From: a virus
Taxonomy: Duplodnaviria; Caudoviricetes
IMG/VR virus record: IMGVR_UViG_3300037422_000391
Coordinates: 1 to 25,487 of that record
Direction: 5' to 3' (one strand)
Length of the DNA: 25,487 nucleotides
The translations under genes and the position numbers were made by a program. This document shows positions 23,387-25,487 of this stretch, one piece after another; the first letter of the stretch is position 1; each line of letters starts with the position of its first letter. The notes beneath the pieces are model-generated. The model ran no database searches, was not told where the DNA came from, and was given only the letters and a program-made list of their open reading frames with translations.

Positions 23387-23731
23387 ATGAGGCGCTGGCC
23401 TGACTATCTGAGGCGCGACACGCTTGCTGCTCGCCTCGATGTGGCACCCGGCTACGTGGATCAGCTACGCAAACGCGGGCTGCTGCCGGAGCCGATCAGG
23501 CTGGGCGAGGCAGAGCTCTATCGTTGGGCCGACATCGAGCAGGTCTTGCAATCTGGGAGCGTGCATGCTGACGTGCGGGCCGACGATCCCTACCTCGACG
23601 CTCTCAATGCCCCGTCGGCCGAAGCTTCCACCGCACGTGCGCCGCGTCGTAGCCAGGGGCAAACCCTACGTCTACTTCCAACGGGGCCGATCGACGGCGC
23701 GGGCGGGAAAGCCGATCAGGCTGCCGGATGA
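23387..23731 (+). CDS. Excisionase/AlpA-like HTH protein (ATG 23378 is the alternative start)
   Basis: YLRRDTLAARLDV...VDQLRKRGLLPEPIRLG...RWADI wHTH pattern; immediately upstream of and overlapping the integrase. Confidence 0.75.
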   Translation: MRRWPDYLRRDTLAARLDVAPGYVDQLRKRGLLPEPIRLGEAELYRWADIEQVLQSGSVHADVRADDPYLDALNAPSAEASTARAPRRSQGQTLRLLPTGPIDGAGGKADQAAG

Positions 23732-24662
23732 CGTCGACTCCGCCGAATTCTGGGCTGCCTACGCGGCTGCTGCCAACCTCCCGCTGCCCCAGCCGCGACC
23801 CAATGCCGTCGGTCTCCTCATCGACGCTTACCAACAAAGCCCCGAATGGAAGGACCTCGCCGACAAGACACGCGAGGAGTGGACACGGTATCTAGACCGG
23901 GTGCGGCAGCGCTGGGGTCACCTCGAGGTGCGCGGCATCGAGCCGAAGCATGTGCTGGCGCTCCGGGACACGTACGCGAGCACGCCGGCGTCGGCCAACA
24001 ACCTCTTGCGCGCGTTATCGTCGATGCTGTCGTGGTCGGTGCCGCGGGGCTGGCGCACCGACAATCCATGCGATCACGTCAAGAAGCTCAAGGGCGGCGA
24101 GGGCTATGCGCCCTGGTCGAGACGTGAGATCGCGCACTTCGGGAAGCATGCGCGCTCGGACCTCTGGCACTCTGCAGCGCTCGCCCTCTACACCGGCCAG
24201 CGCCAAGGTGACGTGGTCGTGATGCGGCGCTCGAGCATTCGTGATGGCGAGATCGAGGTGGTGCAGCACAAGACGGGCAAGCGGGTATGGATTCCGCTCC
24301 ACCCCGACCTCAAGGCGATCCTCGCCGAGATGCCGAAGCGCTCAGTGTTTCTGCTGACGAACTCGGTCGGCACGCCATGGACGCAGGATGGGTTTCGCGC
24401 GAGCTGGCAGGCGGAGATGGACCGCCGCATCTTCAAGCCGCTGCGGCGCCGCCGGCGCGTGTTTCATGGATTGCGCAAGAGCGCGGTGGTCTTTCTGCTC
24501 GAGGCCGGCTGCACCGATGCTCAGGTGGCGGCCATCACGGGGCAGAGCCGGCAGATGATCGAGCACTATGCGCGACAGGTGAACCAGAGGAAGTTGGCAC
24601 GTGCCGCCGTGCTGAAATGGGGCCGGGCCGACAGACGGACGAGGAACGAACCGGGGCGCTGA
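23607..24662 (+). CDS. int: Phage tyrosine integrase (351 aa)
   Basis: MPRRPKLPPHV...YVYFQRGR arm-binding N-terminus; YTGQRQGD, HKTG, FHGLRKS, MIEHY catalytic motifs; points toward the tRNA 3' end. Confidence 0.93.
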   Translation: MPRRPKLPPHVRRVVARGKPYVYFQRGRSTARAGKPIRLPDDVDSAEFWAAYAAAANLPLPQPRPNAVGLLIDAYQQSPEWKDLADKTREEWTRYLDRVRQRWGHLEVRGIEPKHVLALRDTYASTPASANNLLRALSSMLSWSVPRGWRTDNPCDHVKKLKGGEGYAPWSRREIAHFGKHARSDLWHSAALALYTGQRQGDVVVMRRSSIRDGEIEVVQHKTGKRVWIPLHPDLKAILAEMPKRSVFLLTNSVGTPWTQDGFRASWQAEMDRRIFKPLRRRRRVFHGLRKSAVVFLLEAGCTDAQVAAITGQSRQMIEHYARQVNQRKLARAAVLKWGRADRRTRNEPGR

Positions 24663-24683
24663 TTGTCAAACGCCTTGTCAAAC
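24663..24683 (+). repeat. Direct repeat TTGTCAAAC x2, probable integrase arm-type sites of the att junction
   Basis: 24663-24671 and 24675-24683, between the int stop and the tRNA 3' end. Confidence 0.55.
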
Positions 24684-24729
24684 CGACGGCACAGCGGAAC
24701 TCAAGAAACGTCTAAGTTACTGAATACAT

Positions 24730-24807
24730 TGGCGATCCCGGCAGGATTCGAACCTGCGACCCTCTGCTTAGAAGGCAGATGCTCTAGTCCAGCTGAGCTA
24801 CGGGACC
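24730..24807 (-). tRNA. tRNA-Arg(UCU), prophage attachment site
   Basis: Cloverleaf GGTCCCG acceptor, anticodon arm TCTGC-CTTCTAA-GCAGA, T arm GCAGG-TTCGAAT-CCTGC, encoded CCA. Confidence 0.97.
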
Positions 24808-24892
24808 GTCGTGGGGCCGGCGCCGACGACGCCGGCTGCGGCCACGCCCCTGGAATAGGTCAGCGGCGGCGTTTAGGCAAGGAATGCCCGGC

Positions 24893-25198
24893 TCAGTGGG
24901 TCCAGGACTCGCTGCGGCCGAAGCGGAAGTTGTCGGCGTAGGACTTGCGCACGGGGGCGCGCGGGTTGGGCTCCATGACGCGGTAGGGGAGCCCGTTGCG
25001 CTCGGCGTAGGCGACGGCCTCCTCGCGGGTGTCGAAGGAGAGGCGGACCTGGCCCTTCATGTCGCGCGAGCTGGTCCAGCCCATCAGCGGCTCGACCTCG
25101 CGCGGGGTCTCGGGCTCGAACTCCAGCACCCAATCCTTGGCGCGGGCGGGGCCCGACTGCATGGCGGTCTGGGCGGGCCTGTAGATGCGGGCAACCAT
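24893..25198 (-). CDS. Host ETC complex I subunit (NDUFS4-like) protein (101 aa)
   Basis: ARIYRPA.TAMQSG...W.LEFE...EPLMGWTSS.D...QV.L.F.TREEAVAYAE..G...KSYADNF signature. Confidence 0.93.
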   Translation of the reverse strand: MVARIYRPAQTAMQSGPARAKDWVLEFEPETPREVEPLMGWTSSRDMKGQVRLSFDTREEAVAYAERNGLPYRVMEPNPRAPVRKSYADNFRFGRSESWTH

Positions 25199-25487
25199 GG
25201 CTTGCGTGGGTTCTCGTGGACCGTCGTAGGCTCGTGCGCGGCGCCGGCGCACGCGGCGCAGGTTCCCAAAAGCCGGCGGCGCGGGCCAATGTCAAGCGGC
25301 TTCGGCGCCGTGCGTCAACGCGCGAGGTGACGCGCTGACGGCGGTTGCCGATGCGCGGGAGAGGGGTAAGTCCGGTCCCGACGGCGACGTTGTCGTTTGG
25401 TTGCTCTTGTTGGTGGCGATGTTGACGCCTGTTGGGGCCTTGTTGGCGGCATGTTGGAGGCGATGTCGGTGGGCTGGGAGTGTGCAT

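Larger units (their letters stand above)
1..24729. mobile_element. Right arm of an integrated podovirus-like prophage (left end outside the window)
   Basis: Gene order adaptor, hub/nozzle, GNAT, ejection proteins, tail fibres with no tape-measure gene (P22/epsilon15-like layout); ends in excisionase plus tyrosine integrase abutting the 3' end of a tRNA; a host housekeeping gene follows the tRNA. Confidence 0.92.

Noticed and set aside
22050-24729. Alphaproteobacterial LexA box (GTTC-N7-GTTC) controlling xis/int
   Set aside because: None found by eye in the intergenic segments.
24873-25487. 204-aa minus and 148-aa plus ORFs over the host gene
   Set aside because: Alternative frames of the NDUFS4-like gene; low-complexity translations.

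Overview
About 24.7 kb of this GC-rich window is the right arm of a podovirus-type prophage integrated at the 3' end of a tRNA-Arg(UCU) gene (24730-24807, minus strand). The host is most likely alphaproteobacterial (Hyphomicrobiales-like); the flanking host gene is an NDUFS4-like 'ETC complex I subunit' protein. Left to right: (i) a virion module with a capsid decoration protein, an embedded glycosyltransferase plus methyltransferase/Maf-like pair, adaptor, tail hub/nozzle, GNAT, ejection proteins (one with a peptidase-S74 domain and apparently a non-canonical start, one with a phage tail lysozyme domain), two paralogous tail adaptors, a Gly-rich protein and tail fibre genes; (ii) an accessory region (17.7-19.7 kb) containing an unannotated 50-aa membrane peptide and a divergent ~76-nt candidate antisense sRNA that can pair with 30 of 31 nt of the peptide leader, i.e. 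a type I toxin-antitoxin-like architecture; (iii) a leftward, translationally coupled operon of parA, an RHH partner, three micro-ORFs and a Xer-like recombinase, driven from a palindromic bidirectional promoter; (iv) a membrane/winged-helix protein, excisionase, integrase and the att/tRNA junction. Family assignments come from motif recognition by eye, not database searches.
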